From positions 124,001-188,000 of the forward strand of contig NC_092673.1 in the NCBI RefSeq assembly GCF_964355755.1: 64,000 nucleotides of DNA, read 5' to 3'. Made by a program: the position numbers and the translations under genes. Under the pieces are notes generated by a model. It worked only from the letters and a program-made list of their open reading frames with translations, did no database searches and had not been told where the DNA came from. Shown in pieces: positions 1 to 12,796 of this stretch; position 1 is the stretch's first letter; each line of letters begins with the position of its first letter. Source of the stretch: Antedon mediterranea. Taxonomy: Eukaryota > Animalia > Echinodermata.

Positions 1-121
1 CATTTTTATTCAACGGATTGCCTTAAAATAAGATCGGAAACTGCAATAGACTTTGTCAAATCTTATTAACAACTATCTATAAAGTTTGATGGTAACAGAA
101 TAAAAGTATACGGTTAAAATA

Positions 122-3100
122 ATGGGACAAAATACGTCGTCTTACAACAGCAATAATAGTGTCGGTGGTTTAGATAGTGGTGGTAGTTGTGGATCCAGCG
201 CCGGTGGCGGAGGTGGTATGGCAGGCGGCCGAGGTACCGTTTTAATCTAGGACTAGGCGTAGCCTAAAAACGTAGGCCTAGGCCTATAATAGGTATTCTG
301 GCTTATAAAAAGATGAGATAATTTATTTAGGCGCGTTTAAAAAAGTAGGTTAGGGCCAGCCTACTAGCCTAGGCTAGTAGTAGTAGTAGGCTAGTTTGTT
401 ATGTGCAATTTGAAAGATTTACGCAATTTTAATTTAAGCAAAATACGCAGGAAATTTCAAATTAGGCCTAGGGCCTAGTAAGTAAGTAATTAGTTAGTAA
501 AGTATTTTCACTGTTTTCAGTATTACGATTTGATTATAATATTACAATCAAAGCATGATAACTTTAGTTATAATATAGGCCTAGGCCTATCCTACATTCA
601 TAAATAGTCACATTATTTATTAATAATTTAACAGAATAAAATGTTATAAAATAATAATTTATAAAGAATAAAAAGATTTTGTCAAAATAGATTATAAAAT
701 AAGAGAGAAAAAATAAAAAAAGAAAGGCTGAAGTCCTCTCATTGCCGTAGATAGATGTGTTAGTATGAGCTAATGTATTGTACACGTTTCCTTGTGTGAT
801 GTTCAATTGCGCAAGAAAATTAGTTCCGGTTACGAAGGGGCATTCCACAGTAATTCCAACATCAGTTGACAAATTTAAAAAAATGATTATTAGATGTACT
901 TTTTATGGTTTGTGATGGGTTTTAGAAAATTTCCTTTAAATATTAATTTTATAATTCCTGTTTTAAATCGTAATTGTATTATACAGTATTACTTGTTGTA
1001 TTTTTGGGAGTACAAATACCTTGTACCTATCACTAACATTTTAAAAACAGCTAATAGTCTGTGAAATTGGTTATGCCAACAATTCTCAGTTTTTCTGTTA
1101 AAAATTAAGTATTTAAAGTGGAAATGGAACTTAGAGCTCCAAGAATTAAATTCCAAGTTCCAAGGCTGGCAATCTTAATTTTGGGAATTTTGCCCATATT
1201 ACACTACAGTCACATTTAAATATTTTTGTATACCTACTACCATACTTTAAACTTCAATATACAGTATAATAGTTCTTTTTCAAATATTTGTTTACTACTG
1301 AAGATATAGCAATTCAAACTTTCTAAGGTGTGATGTCTGTGACTAAAAAATACTGTGGAATTCCCCTGATACTCATCTGTAGAAGAGTATCCCTACAATA
1401 TTTTACAATTTATTTTAAAATTGACATGTTAATTACTAAATGTTATTGCTGTAAATTGTAAATATTCTAATTATCTTCAGGTAGTCAACAACAGCACCAC
1501 AGGCACTCTTGGACCTCTGGTAAATACAACAGTCCACATATTCCGATAGTAGGTGCTAGAACAGACGGCAGTGTTGATATGTTATTAAACTTTCATCATG
1601 TCCATGGAAAACATATCCAGTTATCAGAGAATGGTAAACTAGCATCGCGAGTTGGTAGCTTCTGTAACGCTATAGTTTTTACAAGTCGTCCAATAGCTGT
1701 CAACGAGGAAGTTAATATGGAGCTTATACATAGTACAAATTCTTGGAGTGGTGTTTTACGTTTTGGTTTCACACAACAAAACCCATCTAGGATAGCTCTT
1801 GGTGCTCTGCCAAAATATGCATGTCCGGATTTAACTGTGAAACCTGGTTACTGGGCTAAAGCTCTACGTGAGACTTATGCAGGAAATGGCAATTTGTTGA
1901 CATTCTATTGTAATGAGCTTGGTGAAGTGTACTTTAAAATGGATGATTCTAATTATCAACTGTTTTTCAGTGATGTTGATATTTCCAATCCAATTTGGGC
2001 TTTAGTTGATGTTTATGGAAATACCACCGGTGTTAGACTTAAAGGTGAGAATATGCAAATAAAGAATAATATTTTATATTTAAATTAATAGATTTGATAC
2101 CCTGTAGGTTTGGAGAACTATTCAAAACTTTATTTCGACTGTGCTAACTACCTTTTTCAGTGGATAAATCAGCTGTATGGCAGAAAGCAGCAACCTGATC
2201 AATAAGGAAAAAATGAAGTTAGAGTTACTGTATTTGGTGACTGCAGTATATATATTTTTCATTTATTTTGGTTAAGGTTAAGTTTTTAATAATTCAAATT
2301 ACCATTTATTTTTGCAGAATGTAGCCCTCGTGCAGTAGCTAATCCTGTTTCCATGCCAACACAAAATCCACCTATTGATGAATCGATACTTAATGCCTCC
2401 ACACAAAACACTGAAAATAACTTGCCTTCCGAAAATTATGAAACCTTGCAACGTCTCCACTTCCATGATGTTCACGGACCCAGCGTTCGACTTCGTGCAC
2501 ATAAAAAGGTGGTCAGGCGAAAGACTGACTCATATCAGGGGGGTATTGTGTTTTCTGAACGACCCCTACATATCGGAGAAGAGATTGTTATAAGAATTAT
2601 TGAGGTGTCAAATACATTTATTGGTCACTTCCGTTTTGGTGTGACCACTTGCGATCCAAATCTTTTAAATGTAAATGACATTCCTGATGAGGTGGAAGCA
2701 TTTTATGATCGTCCAGAATTCTGGGCATTTAACTCTGATTTCCCGATGCCAGAACAGAGAGACACTATTTCATTTATGATCGATAATGAAGGAAAGGTTT
2801 TGTGTCGTTTACATGGGCAAGTTCATGGCATTTTAATGCATGTTGATATATCCCAACCACTCTGGGCAGCTTTTGATGTCAATGGAAACACAGAAGTTAT
2901 ACGACTTTTAGGTAAGTTTAACAAGTTTTCAATCAAAAAATGTTTTCTATGTTACTTTTGTGTTTGATATGAAAATATTGTACATTTTAAACAATTTCAA
3001 ATTTTTCTTCACATTCAAACTATTTACAGGTATCAAGAACCATTCTTTAGTCCCGTCGGAAGATGAAATTCCACAAGCTCCGGTCGGAAACGAATCGGAT

Positions 3101-3448
3101 TTGCTTGGAATGCGTGAGCTTGTTGAGAACCTATATGTTCATCTTGATGGTTCCAATCCATCTCCAGGAATTCTCACTGTACCCGAGGTTCCTGCTTTAC
3201 CACCAACAACTGAGTCTTCAGCAGCAACTCCTCCACAAAAGGTAAAACCACCTCCAAGACCACCGAAACCTTCCACAGAAGACAACGAATGTACTGTATG
3301 CTTTGAAAAGTCTGTGAATGCAGTCTTCTACAAATGTGGACATATGTGCACATGTTATGAATGTGGGAAAAAACTTAAACTGTCCGGTTCACACTGCCCA
3401 ATCTGCCGTGCTTTTATCAAAGATGTTATTAAAATATTCAAGTCCTAG
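122..3448 (+). CDS. neur: Neuralized-like E3 ubiquitin ligase (2 NHR domains + C-terminal RING), ~562 aa
   Basis: Exons 122-233, 1481-2044, 2318-2911, 3030-3448, all phase-1 GT-AG introns, total 1689 nt. Two NHR repeats (FHHVHGKHIQLS...FTSRPI...WSGVLRFGFT; FHDVHGPSVRL...FSERPL...FRFGVT) and RING ECTVC...CGHMCTCYEC...CPICR. The exon 1 donor could instead follow 215 (same phase). Confidence 0.93.
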
Positions 3449-4915
3449 AGTAATAACTTTAATACTGTAAGATTATGAAATATTCTGTACTGGAAAAGCC
3501 AATGCGGTTGCTGCAACATTATTAAGTGCTACAACATTTTCCACAAAATACTACTCTCTGTTTACACTTCATATTCTGACATTGATTTGTCTTATTAATA
3601 CTGAATGTATGTAAAATGTTTATGTGATATCAAAGTGAAACAGATAGAGTAGTTGGCCAATTATTGTCTCTCTTCTGTAAAAGTTAGGGATTTTTTTTTA
3701 ATATACAGTATAACAAATCTTGTAATTTTATTTAAACAGATATGTACATAAAATTATATCCAAATTATATACAGTAAATTGTACAGAATATATTATTATG
3801 AAAAACTATTCTTGAAAAGTATGGCAAAAGATGTTTTTTTTATAGGAAATATAATAGATACCGAAGAAGTCAGTTTATAAAATGGTATTTAAAATGTATG
3901 TATAAATTTGACGTAACAGCAAGCAAAGACTTAACTATTCATATTTTCAAATTTTGAGGTGTGCTTATACCCTGTTTGGTATCACCAGGCAAACAGTCAA
4001 TTTAATGCAATACTCTATTCTGTGATACAAAATTATGTTAAAACTTTCAAGGTTGTGACTAATTTTTTAGCTGAGCGCCACTGTCAAATAGAGAAACTTT
4101 TCAAGGTAAACTGTACTGTCATGAATAATCCAATACAGATAATTTTTTTTGGTGTTGAATAAAAAATCCCTTAAAAATAATAGTTTCACCCGGATTCATC
4201 TGCTTTAAAAATGATAGGAAAAAATGAGTAAGTGTATTAAAATTCCTTCAACTAAGATTTTTATTATTTAATGTAGGTATAAAGGCTACAGTATAAAGTG
4301 GCAGTGTTATGCATTATACAGTAGGCCTATACAGTGGGTCTACAGTATAGTAATTAACTAGTGATTTTACTGTGTCTTGTTGGTATTTATACTAGCATTG
4401 TGCAATTCAGAAGTACAGATTGTGAGAAATTGTTTTGTCTGTTATGTTTAAAAAATGTATTGTTTAATTTTGTAAGGATTTTTAAAATTTGCAAAGGTAT
4501 ACAGTAGGTACTTAAGTGGCATAATCAATGTAGGAGAACAGCCCATTTCATTGATAGATGGGATTCCCATTAATTAGAAGTGACAATGTAAGTAAGCATG
4601 CAACATCTAGTCACTTAAATATGTACAATTTGGTATCTTTAGAAATGTAAAAAAAAAATATATATTGCATACAGTTATAAAACAAAATACAATGAGAATT
4701 TTGCCTTAAAATCACACATTATAAATAACAAAATGTGATTCACATTAGCATAACTTAAATATAAAATGTATCAAAGTATTATGTTATCAAATAAAATCAT
4801 TTATATACAGGTAACGATTTATGCATTTTTCTTTCCCCATTTGAGAAATCACCATTTTAAATACAGTATATTGTATTTTCCATACAAAAAAGGGCTATTA
4901 AAAATGATAATCCAT

Positions 4916-6811
4916 TCACTCCCATTGAATATCTAAATCATAGTTACTCTCCTTTGCGGCTACCAGCCAATGCAAGTAATCTTTACGTGTTATATTCCAG
5001 CAGTTTATCAACTTTACTAAAAGCAGTTTGTTGTTAGATGATATAATCAATTCTCCCAAAACCTTGGCTGTCATATTTGTACAAGAAAATAACTCCAACG
5101 AGGTAAGCTGAGGCATTTCATTTACTCTTAAGGTATCCCGTATAACGTCATTTGTGAATTTATTGAGCTGAACCAGTTTTAAATGCTCAAGAGCAGGACA
5201 CGCACTTAAAAACTTAGTAAGCACAGCATCAGCATTGGCATCAGCATCAGCACCATTACCGCCAATTGTTACCCTTTTTAGTTTGGTCATTGAAATGTTG
5301 GTATTGGTCATTTCTTCTAGCTCACTATAAAATGACAGATTTTCATCATGAATACATAGAGACAACTCAGATAAATTTGGGCATAGTTTAGCTGTTTTAA
5401 GTACATCAATTCCATCAATTTCTTCGAGAACTAAGATTTGTAAATTTGGGCCTATTTTTGGTAATGCCTGTAACACACCAAAAAAATCTAGCATGATATG
5501 TCGATGTCCGACTACTTTTAAGTCCCTTAGCATTTGTAAGTTACCTAACTCCTCAAAGTAGTCATTATCACAACTAAACAACTCTATTAATTCAATCTTG
5601 ACAAGTTGTGGACATAATATAAAACAGCATATTAATACATTGTTGTACACATTTGGTTTTCCATCTACAACTAATGATCTAAGATTTAAAGTATCATGCT
5701 GCCCTGATGCATCTTTGCTCATTGCATAAAGACTCTTGGTTAAGTCAAAATGCTCAAGCACCACAACCCATGGAAGGTTGCGTAAAACTGTGATTAACGC
5801 TTGATGCGTTACATCAGTATTACTCAAAGACAATTTTCGCAAGTTTGAGTGAGTTCTTTTCTCTTTAACGCTGTTGATCAACACGGCAAGATCATCGTCG
5901 TTCAGTTGGCAGTTTGATAGAATAAGATCTGTAACCATTGTGCAGTGTTTAAAAACTGCTTTGGCTGCCTCCTCTTTGCAGTTTGTACCATTGAGATTCA
6001 GTGACATTAGATTGGGATAAGCTTCTGCAAGTGATACTAAAGTTCCTCTTTTTACCTGCATGCAGTTGCTTAAATTGATTGATGTCAGGCTCTAAAAAAA
6101 TATAAAAGTTTAAAAAAGGCTATAAAAAAAGATTTTAATAAAATATAATAAATATACAAATATACAAATTGAATATTTACCTTGCATCTAAACTTTGCTA
6201 GGTTGATGATGTCATCTTTGACTAGCATAGGGCATCCACTCAAATCCAGGTTTACAAGACTATGATTAATCAACAGATGCAGGTATGGTTTCTTTAAATT
6301 TCTCTCAACCATTAGATGCACCATAATCTTCTCAGACATGTTAGAACCTTTAACCAAAAAAAAGTGATGACTATTGATGCATAGCAACTGAAGAAGCTGA
6401 CAGCTAGACGAAACTGTCTTGAAACGTCAGGTAAAATCAAAGTACAGTAAGTTATACTGGTTTACACTAAATGAACCATAATATCAATATTGACGAACCA
6501 ATTTCCAGTTGTATTTTCAAAACATTTAGTGCAATAGCATTATTTATACAAATAAAGATACTAATGAAATGAAACGGTGTAACTCATAAGCAATAAGAAT
6601 TGTTATTTGAATCAACAACAATAACTACAGCATTGACACTGACGTACAATTCCATTTACTTACTTAAATCATCAAATGGTCCAATAAAGTACTTGTAAGT
6701 TTTCATAACTTTATAATTATCTACAAAGTTTCTGCACCAAAAGTCCATGTTATTTCCTACAAACTGTAAACATATCTGCTGAAGAGTTGCTACTGATTTA
6801 CATTTTGGCAT
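4916..6811 (-). CDS. BC-box/cullin-box leucine-rich-repeat protein (AMN1/ZYG11-like CRL substrate receptor), ~496 aa
   Basis: Exons 6811-6664, 6347-6181, 6091-4916 splice in frame (1491 nt). N-terminus MPKCKSVATLQQICLQFV has the TLxxxCxxxV BC-box pattern, followed by Cys-containing LRRs (LVNLDLSGC, LTSINLSNC, LRKLSLSNT, LTSLELFSC). Confidence 0.8.
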
Positions 6812-7154
6812 TTTGACACAGTTCCTCCACAAACACCTTTTAATAAAGTATCTAAAAGTATCATAAAATATTATATTTTAGGCCTAATAATATCCTTTTT
6901 GTTACAGATTATAGTGTTTATGTTGTGGATAAATTACAGATTTAACATACAAGTGTGAAAATACTGTAGTAGTACTGTCCTTGACACATATCACTCACAC
7001 TGTCATAAATTGTTAACATTTAATTATTGATTTATAAATAGAAATTCTATACTGTACATGTGTAAAAAATGTTACGCTAAATGTTACTGTAGGCCTAGTA
7101 CGTTATACTATAGCTAGCCTAGTAAGTTATTGTATATCTACTACTAACCCGTAC

Positions 7155-7192
7155 CATGGAGGTATAAAAATGTATTTATTTATACCTCCATG
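7155..7192. mobile_element. 38-bp CATGG...CCATG hairpin, putative P-superfamily excision footprint
   Basis: 14-bp perfect arms. 7-bp duplication CCCGTAC at 7148-7154 and again at 12363-12369 once the 7196-12357 insertion is removed. Confidence 0.65.
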
Positions 7193-7327
7193 CCCCGGTC
7201 AGTCTAATTACCGAAAACAACCGAAAATAACCGAAAACAACCGAAAACAACAAAACAACCGAAAACAGTCATAAACAACTAAAAACAACTAAAAACAACC
7301 GAAAACAAACCGAAAACAAAATAAAAT

Positions 7328-8191
7328 AATCTAAATACCGAAAACAAATTTTGTATATTTTTTTTAATGTCGCCCTCTATTGAAGGGTGTTTCTAAAGAC
7401 TATAACAGAGAGAATACCGCGCGCGGAAAAGCCAAGGAAGACCCTACGAAATGGTAGTGTGCACAAAATACAACTAAAAATCGTACAATCAATCTATGAT
7501 AACATCGCATTTACTTACAGAATCTATAAAAATATTTTAATTTTAGTCTTTCGATTTTTGATCCAGAAACCAAACGCATTTACTCCTCACAATAATTGTG
7601 AATACGTTAATCCATAGTATAGAAAGTAAATTTACTATGGTTAATCATGATCAATTTAATTATAGATTTTCAAAGATAATAATACAAAAATGATATTTTT
7701 AAGAATATTGATAATATTAGGGACTATAAAGTATACTTAAAACCAGCTCACAATAAAGGATTCAATAAAATCTATTCAGTAAAATTACCGTAGTCGAGTA
7801 AATAACGTTTTTTTCCTTAATCAATTCAGTATTAACTTAAGTGACGAAAACCGAGTACGAAAACGCAAAGTTAGGTAAAATCATGCTTTGTTTTTTAAAA
7901 GACTAAACACGAAATGTGTTTATAGATTTTGTAAGTAAATGTAGTCTACGGTGTATTTCATTGAATTTGTACGATTTTGAGTTGTATTTTGTGCACACTA
8001 CCATTTCGTATGGTCTTCCTTGGCTTTTGCGCGCGCAGTTTTCTCTCTCTGTATGATCTTACCAGGGAGTTGTATTTTACACTACTACTGGTCTTACCCT
8101 CTCTCTGTATGGTCTTAGCTTTAGAAACACCCATCAATAGAGGGCGACATTAACAAAAATATTAAACAAATTTGTTTTCGGTATTTAGATT
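7328..8191. mobile_element. Foldback/MITE-like long inverted repeat inside the outer element
   Basis: Roughly 7328-7530 is the reverse complement of roughly 7920-8191 (AATCTAAATACCGAAAAC...GTCGCCCTCTATTGA...GTAGTGTGCACAAAATACAACT). No clear TSD. Confidence 0.6.
7613..7639. mobile_element. 27-bp CATAG...CTATG hairpin with 7-bp TSD, putative P-superfamily footprint
   Basis: GTTAATC (7606-7612) - CATAGTA...TACTATG - GTTAATC (7640-7646). Confidence 0.6.
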
Positions 8192-8377
8192 TTTCACGCT
8201 GCTGCTCTAGCCCGCTACGTCACACGAGATGACTCATTCATTAGATGAAATCAAGCAGCTTTATAGTACTACTACACTTTGACATTTTTGTTAAAATGGA
8301 AACTCCAATATAATTTATTGGTACCACCTGTTGAATCCAAAAACGGCTGAGAAAAGAGTCTAACGACAAATCCCAAA

Positions 8378-11300
8378 TAGTAGAGCAGTTAGTGCCATAA
8401 AAATAGCCAAGTTGTGCACTTTATTACCAAAGCATGAAACTTGCCACAAAGTTTCTTTGATGTATATAGATTAAAAATATCGGGGGGTGCCAAGTGTCCA
8501 ACGTCCGGTATGGCGGCCATCTTGATTTCAAAATGGCCACCATAAAAACAAAAAGTCTTCATATCTTGGCAACTATAAACAGTAGAGACTTGATTCTGGT
8601 GTTAAATTGTTCACAAACCACATATTTCTATTTGCTCTAATGAAAAGTTTCGTCAAAAAATGACCGGAAATGACGTTTCTCCCAGTTTGACCTTTGACCT
8701 CTTATCTGTATATCTCAGTAACTACTGATCATTTTCAATCGATTTTGGTGTCATTTTGTTCAGAATAGAGACATTTATATTTGTAGTAATGAAACATTTT
8801 CACATAAAATGACTGGAAATACAATTTATAACCTTTGACATATATAATATGTGAACATACTGTATGTGGTTTACATTGGTATAAATGCACCTAATTTTTT
8901 TTTTAACGAAATAAATGACACTGCAAAAATGAGCAGGAATTATTATTCTGAATTTTTGACTTTTGATGTGATAGGATAGGCGTAAAGTATGACAGATCAC
9001 TGAGAAACAGCAATCACTGAGCTCATCTATGCCGACTGGTTTGCTAAACTGTGATGTGTCAATCGTTAGATAAAAGTTTTGGTCCTCTCTCCATCATCTT
9101 TTTTTTTTGCAATGTATTATACCATATGGACAATTGTCTGAAATAAAAGTTGAATTGAATTGTTAGATGCCATTTGGAAATATTTTTGATGTAAAGTAGC
9201 ATTCTTTCGTTGGCCTCTTTGATGTTGCATATGAGACAAGTTCGGAAAGTTTTCATTTTCATGAGTTAAGAGAATACCGTCTTTCAAACTTACTACAAAC
9301 TTATCCTGCATTTGTGCAGTAGACCTACTTTCATTAGTCAGAAACTCAGATAATTCTTGTTCATTTTCGTTGCATCTAAAAAAATGTACTCCATTTTTAT
9401 GGTAATGGGCCTTTGCTGTAAACCATCTGTATCCTTTTCCTCGATTTTCTCTACTCATTGATTTTTTAGCAAAATCCGAACCAAATCAATTCGTAAAAGA
9501 CATCTCAATATAATTATTCAAGTAATTCTCAAATTAGTGACATGGACCTACAATATACTGTTCTGTACAAGACCTTTTTAGGCATCCACTTGTGAACTTT
9601 CACTTTGAAGGTCTTGGTCTCCTAATCATACAAGAAACAATGTCTGATTTAATCAATCAAAGTAGTGGGTCCAGACAAAGAAGGGGATGTAAGACCATCC
9701 ACAGACAAAGAAGGGGGTATAAGACCATCACAGACAAAGAAGGGGGTATAAGACCATCCACAGACAAAGAAGGGGGTATAAGACTATCCACAGACAAAGA
9801 AGGGGTGTAAGACCATCCACAGACAAAGAAGGGGGTGTAAGACCATCCACAGACAAAGAAGGGGGTATAAGACCATCCATACACAAAGAAAGGGGTGTAA
9901 GGCCATCTACAGACAAAGAAGGGGGTGTAGGACCATCCACAGACAAAGAAGGGGGTGTAAGACCATCTACAGACAAAGAAGAAAGGGGTGTAGGACCGTC
10001 CACAGACAAAGAAAGGGGTGTAAGGCCATCCACAGAGAAAGAAGGGGTGTAAGACCATCCACAGACAAAGAAGGGGTGTAAGACCATCCACAGACAAAGA
10101 AGGGGTGTAAGACCATCCACACAGAAAGAAAGGGGTGTAAGACCATCCACACACAACAAAAAAAGGGGTGTAATACCATCAACAGACAAAGAAAGGGGTG
10201 TAATACCGTCCACAGACAAAGAAGGGGGTGTAGGACCGTCCACAGACAAAGAAGGGGGTGTAAGACCACCCACTGACAAAGAAAGGGTATAGGACCACTT
10301 ACAGACAAAGAAGGGGGTATAAGACCATCCACAGACAAAGAAGGTGATGTAGGACCATCCACAGACAAAGAAAGGGGTGTCGGACAATCCACAGACAAAG
10401 AAGGGGATGTAAGACCACCCACAGACAAAGAAGGGGGTGTAAGACCATCCACACACAAAAAAGGGATTATAAGACCATCTACAGACAAAGAAGGGGGTAT
10501 AAGACCATCCACAGACAAAGAAGGGGGTATAAGACCATCTACAGAGAAAGAAGGAGGTGTAAGACCATCCACAGACAAAGAAGGGGTGTAAGACCATCCA
10601 CAAACAAAGAAAGGGGTGTAATACCATCAACAGACAAAGAAAGGGGTTTAATACCATCAACAGACAAAAAAGGGGGTATAAGACCGTCCACAGACAAAGA
10701 AAGGGGTTCACGACCATCCACAGACAAAGAAGGGGGTATAAGACCATCCATAGACAACGAAGGGGGTGTAGGACTATCCACAGACAAAGAAGGGGGTGTA
10801 GGACCATCCACATACAAAGAAGGGAGTGTAGGACCATCCACAGACAAAGAAGGGGTGTAAGACCATCTACATACAAAGAAAGGGTGTAAGATCATCCACA
10901 GACAAAGAAGCGGGTATAAGACCATCCACAGACAAAGAAGGGGGTATAAGACCATCCACAGACAAAGAAGCGGGTATAAGACCATCCACAGACAAAGAAG
11001 CGGGTATAAGACTATCCACAGACAAGGAAGGGGGGTATAAGACCATCCACAGACAAAGAATGGGGTATAAGACCATCTACAGACAAAGAAGGAGGGGTAG
11101 GACCATATTACCGAGGAAGCATAGGCCTACAAAAAGAAGATGCAATCAAAATAGGCCTACCAGCCACTTGGAAAACAATAAATTGTAGAATAACTGAGGC
11201 TTGATTGTTGAAATATAAAGGGTTCTTTGTAAGGTCATTAATAATATATTGATATAAACACGATCATCATACTATTCATTTGACATTCAAATACAGTCTA

Positions 11301-12052
11301 TCTCGAAAAGAAGCTCATACTATCACCTTTTCGAGGTTTGACGGTATTCCATAACATGTATGTTATTTCCTCTGTCAAACTATTAAAACTTTTAGCGAAT
11401 CAGAAGGTGCCAACATCGTTGAACTAATAATGGTACCACCAAGCACAATATTTACCAATTCTATGTACAATATACAATTTAAGTACATTAATCATTTAAT
11501 ATAATTACGCCTATCAGGTCAAAGTTCAAAATTAGGTGCATTTAAGACCACCAAAAACCACATACAGTATATTCACATAATTAAAAATCAATAATTAAAT
11601 GTCAAAAGTCATAAATTGTATTTCTGGTCATTTTATGTAAAAATGTTTCATTACTACAAATATAAATGTATTTATTCTGAACAAAATGACACCAAAATCG
11701 ATTGAAAATGACCAGTAGTTACAGAGATATACAAATACGAGGTCAAAGGTCAAACTGAAAGAAACGTCATTTCCGGTCATTTTTGGACGAAAATTTTCAT
11801 TAGAGTAAATAGAAATATATAGTTTGTGAACAATTTGAGACCAGAATTAAGTCTCTAATGGGTATAGTTGCCAAGATATGAACATTTTTTGTTTTTATGG
11901 TGGCCATTTTGAAATCAAGATGGCCGCCATACCGAACGTTGGACACTTGGCACCCCCCGATATTTTGAATTTATATACATTATAGAAACTTTGTGCCAAG
12001 TTTCATGCTTTGGTAATAAAATGCACAGCTCATGTCATTAACTGCTCTACTA
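8378..12052 (-). mobile_element. Academ-type DNA transposon, internally deleted, with transposase relic
   Basis: Termini TAGTAGAGCAGTTA...TAACTGCTCTACTA, TIRs of roughly 550-600 bp, 3-bp TSD AAA. Frameshifted minus-strand relic near 9060-9460 (ENRGKG, NEQELSEFL, CNIKEANERMLLY, resembling the HEEADTRMLLH motif). Confidence 0.75.
9671..11107. repeat. ~30-bp minisatellite (AGACCATCCACAGACAAAGAAGGGGGTGTA), roughly 45-50 copies
   Basis: Direct inspection. It accounts for all repetitive ORFs between 9592 and 11076. Confidence 0.95.
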
Positions 12053-12796
12053 AAAGCATTCTGGTATTTATGAGTCCCATGATATAATTCGCTGTCAGAT
12101 AATCATTGAATTATTATCAAAACAGTCCATTGAAGTTTTTGTTTGTAATACTAATAGGATACTTGAAGTATCTAGGCGTGATGAAGTGACCCCCCAGACT
12201 TGACCTTAGCAATAACAATAAGCGAGCAGCGTTTTTTGTAAGAAATATTTTTTTTTATTTTTTTTTCAGCCCGGTTTTCGGTTTGTTTTCGGTTGTTTGT
12301 GGTTGTTTTCGGTTGTTTTCGGTCATTTCCGGTTGTTTTCGGTAATTAGACTGACCCCCATGCCCGTACTGTAGGCCTACTCTACTGCTGTACTGCTATT
12401 ACTAAGTACTACTAACTACTCTACTACTACTGTACTTATCATAGTACTGTATTGTATAGTAGGCCTTGGCTTTCCACTTCCCTGTTACAGAAACTAGGCC
12501 TAGGCCTAGGCTTAGTTTTATCGAGGGGGAGAGTTTGAAATGGGCGGTACCGTAAATAAAGTAAGGTCCCACCTGGTAATAATAGAGCTAGGTTGGCTCC
12601 TGCCTGTCGTCTGTGAAAGTTTCTGACGATTTTACGCACTCTCCGATCCTACTTACAAACGTGATACCAACTCGTCGTACCTACCGACAAACGACAACTC
12701 CTCGTATCATCTGTCTTCTTTTTGTTTACATAAACAAACGTCAGATAAACGTAACAACATACTGCCCTCTCTCGGTATTATAATACTATAGAATAC

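Larger units (their letters stand above)
7196..12357. mobile_element. Non-autonomous TIR DNA transposon (MULE-like) carrying nested insertions
   Basis: Ends GGTCAGTCTAATTACCGAAAACAACCG / CGGTTGTTTTCGGTAATTAGACTGACC with subterminal CCGAAAACAA repeats. 8-bp TSD CCATGCCC at 7188-7195 and 12358-12365. Confidence 0.8.

Noticed and set aside
9592-11076. Long repetitive ORFs (up to 382 aa)
   Set aside because: Open in several frames only because of the 30-bp minisatellite. No domain content.
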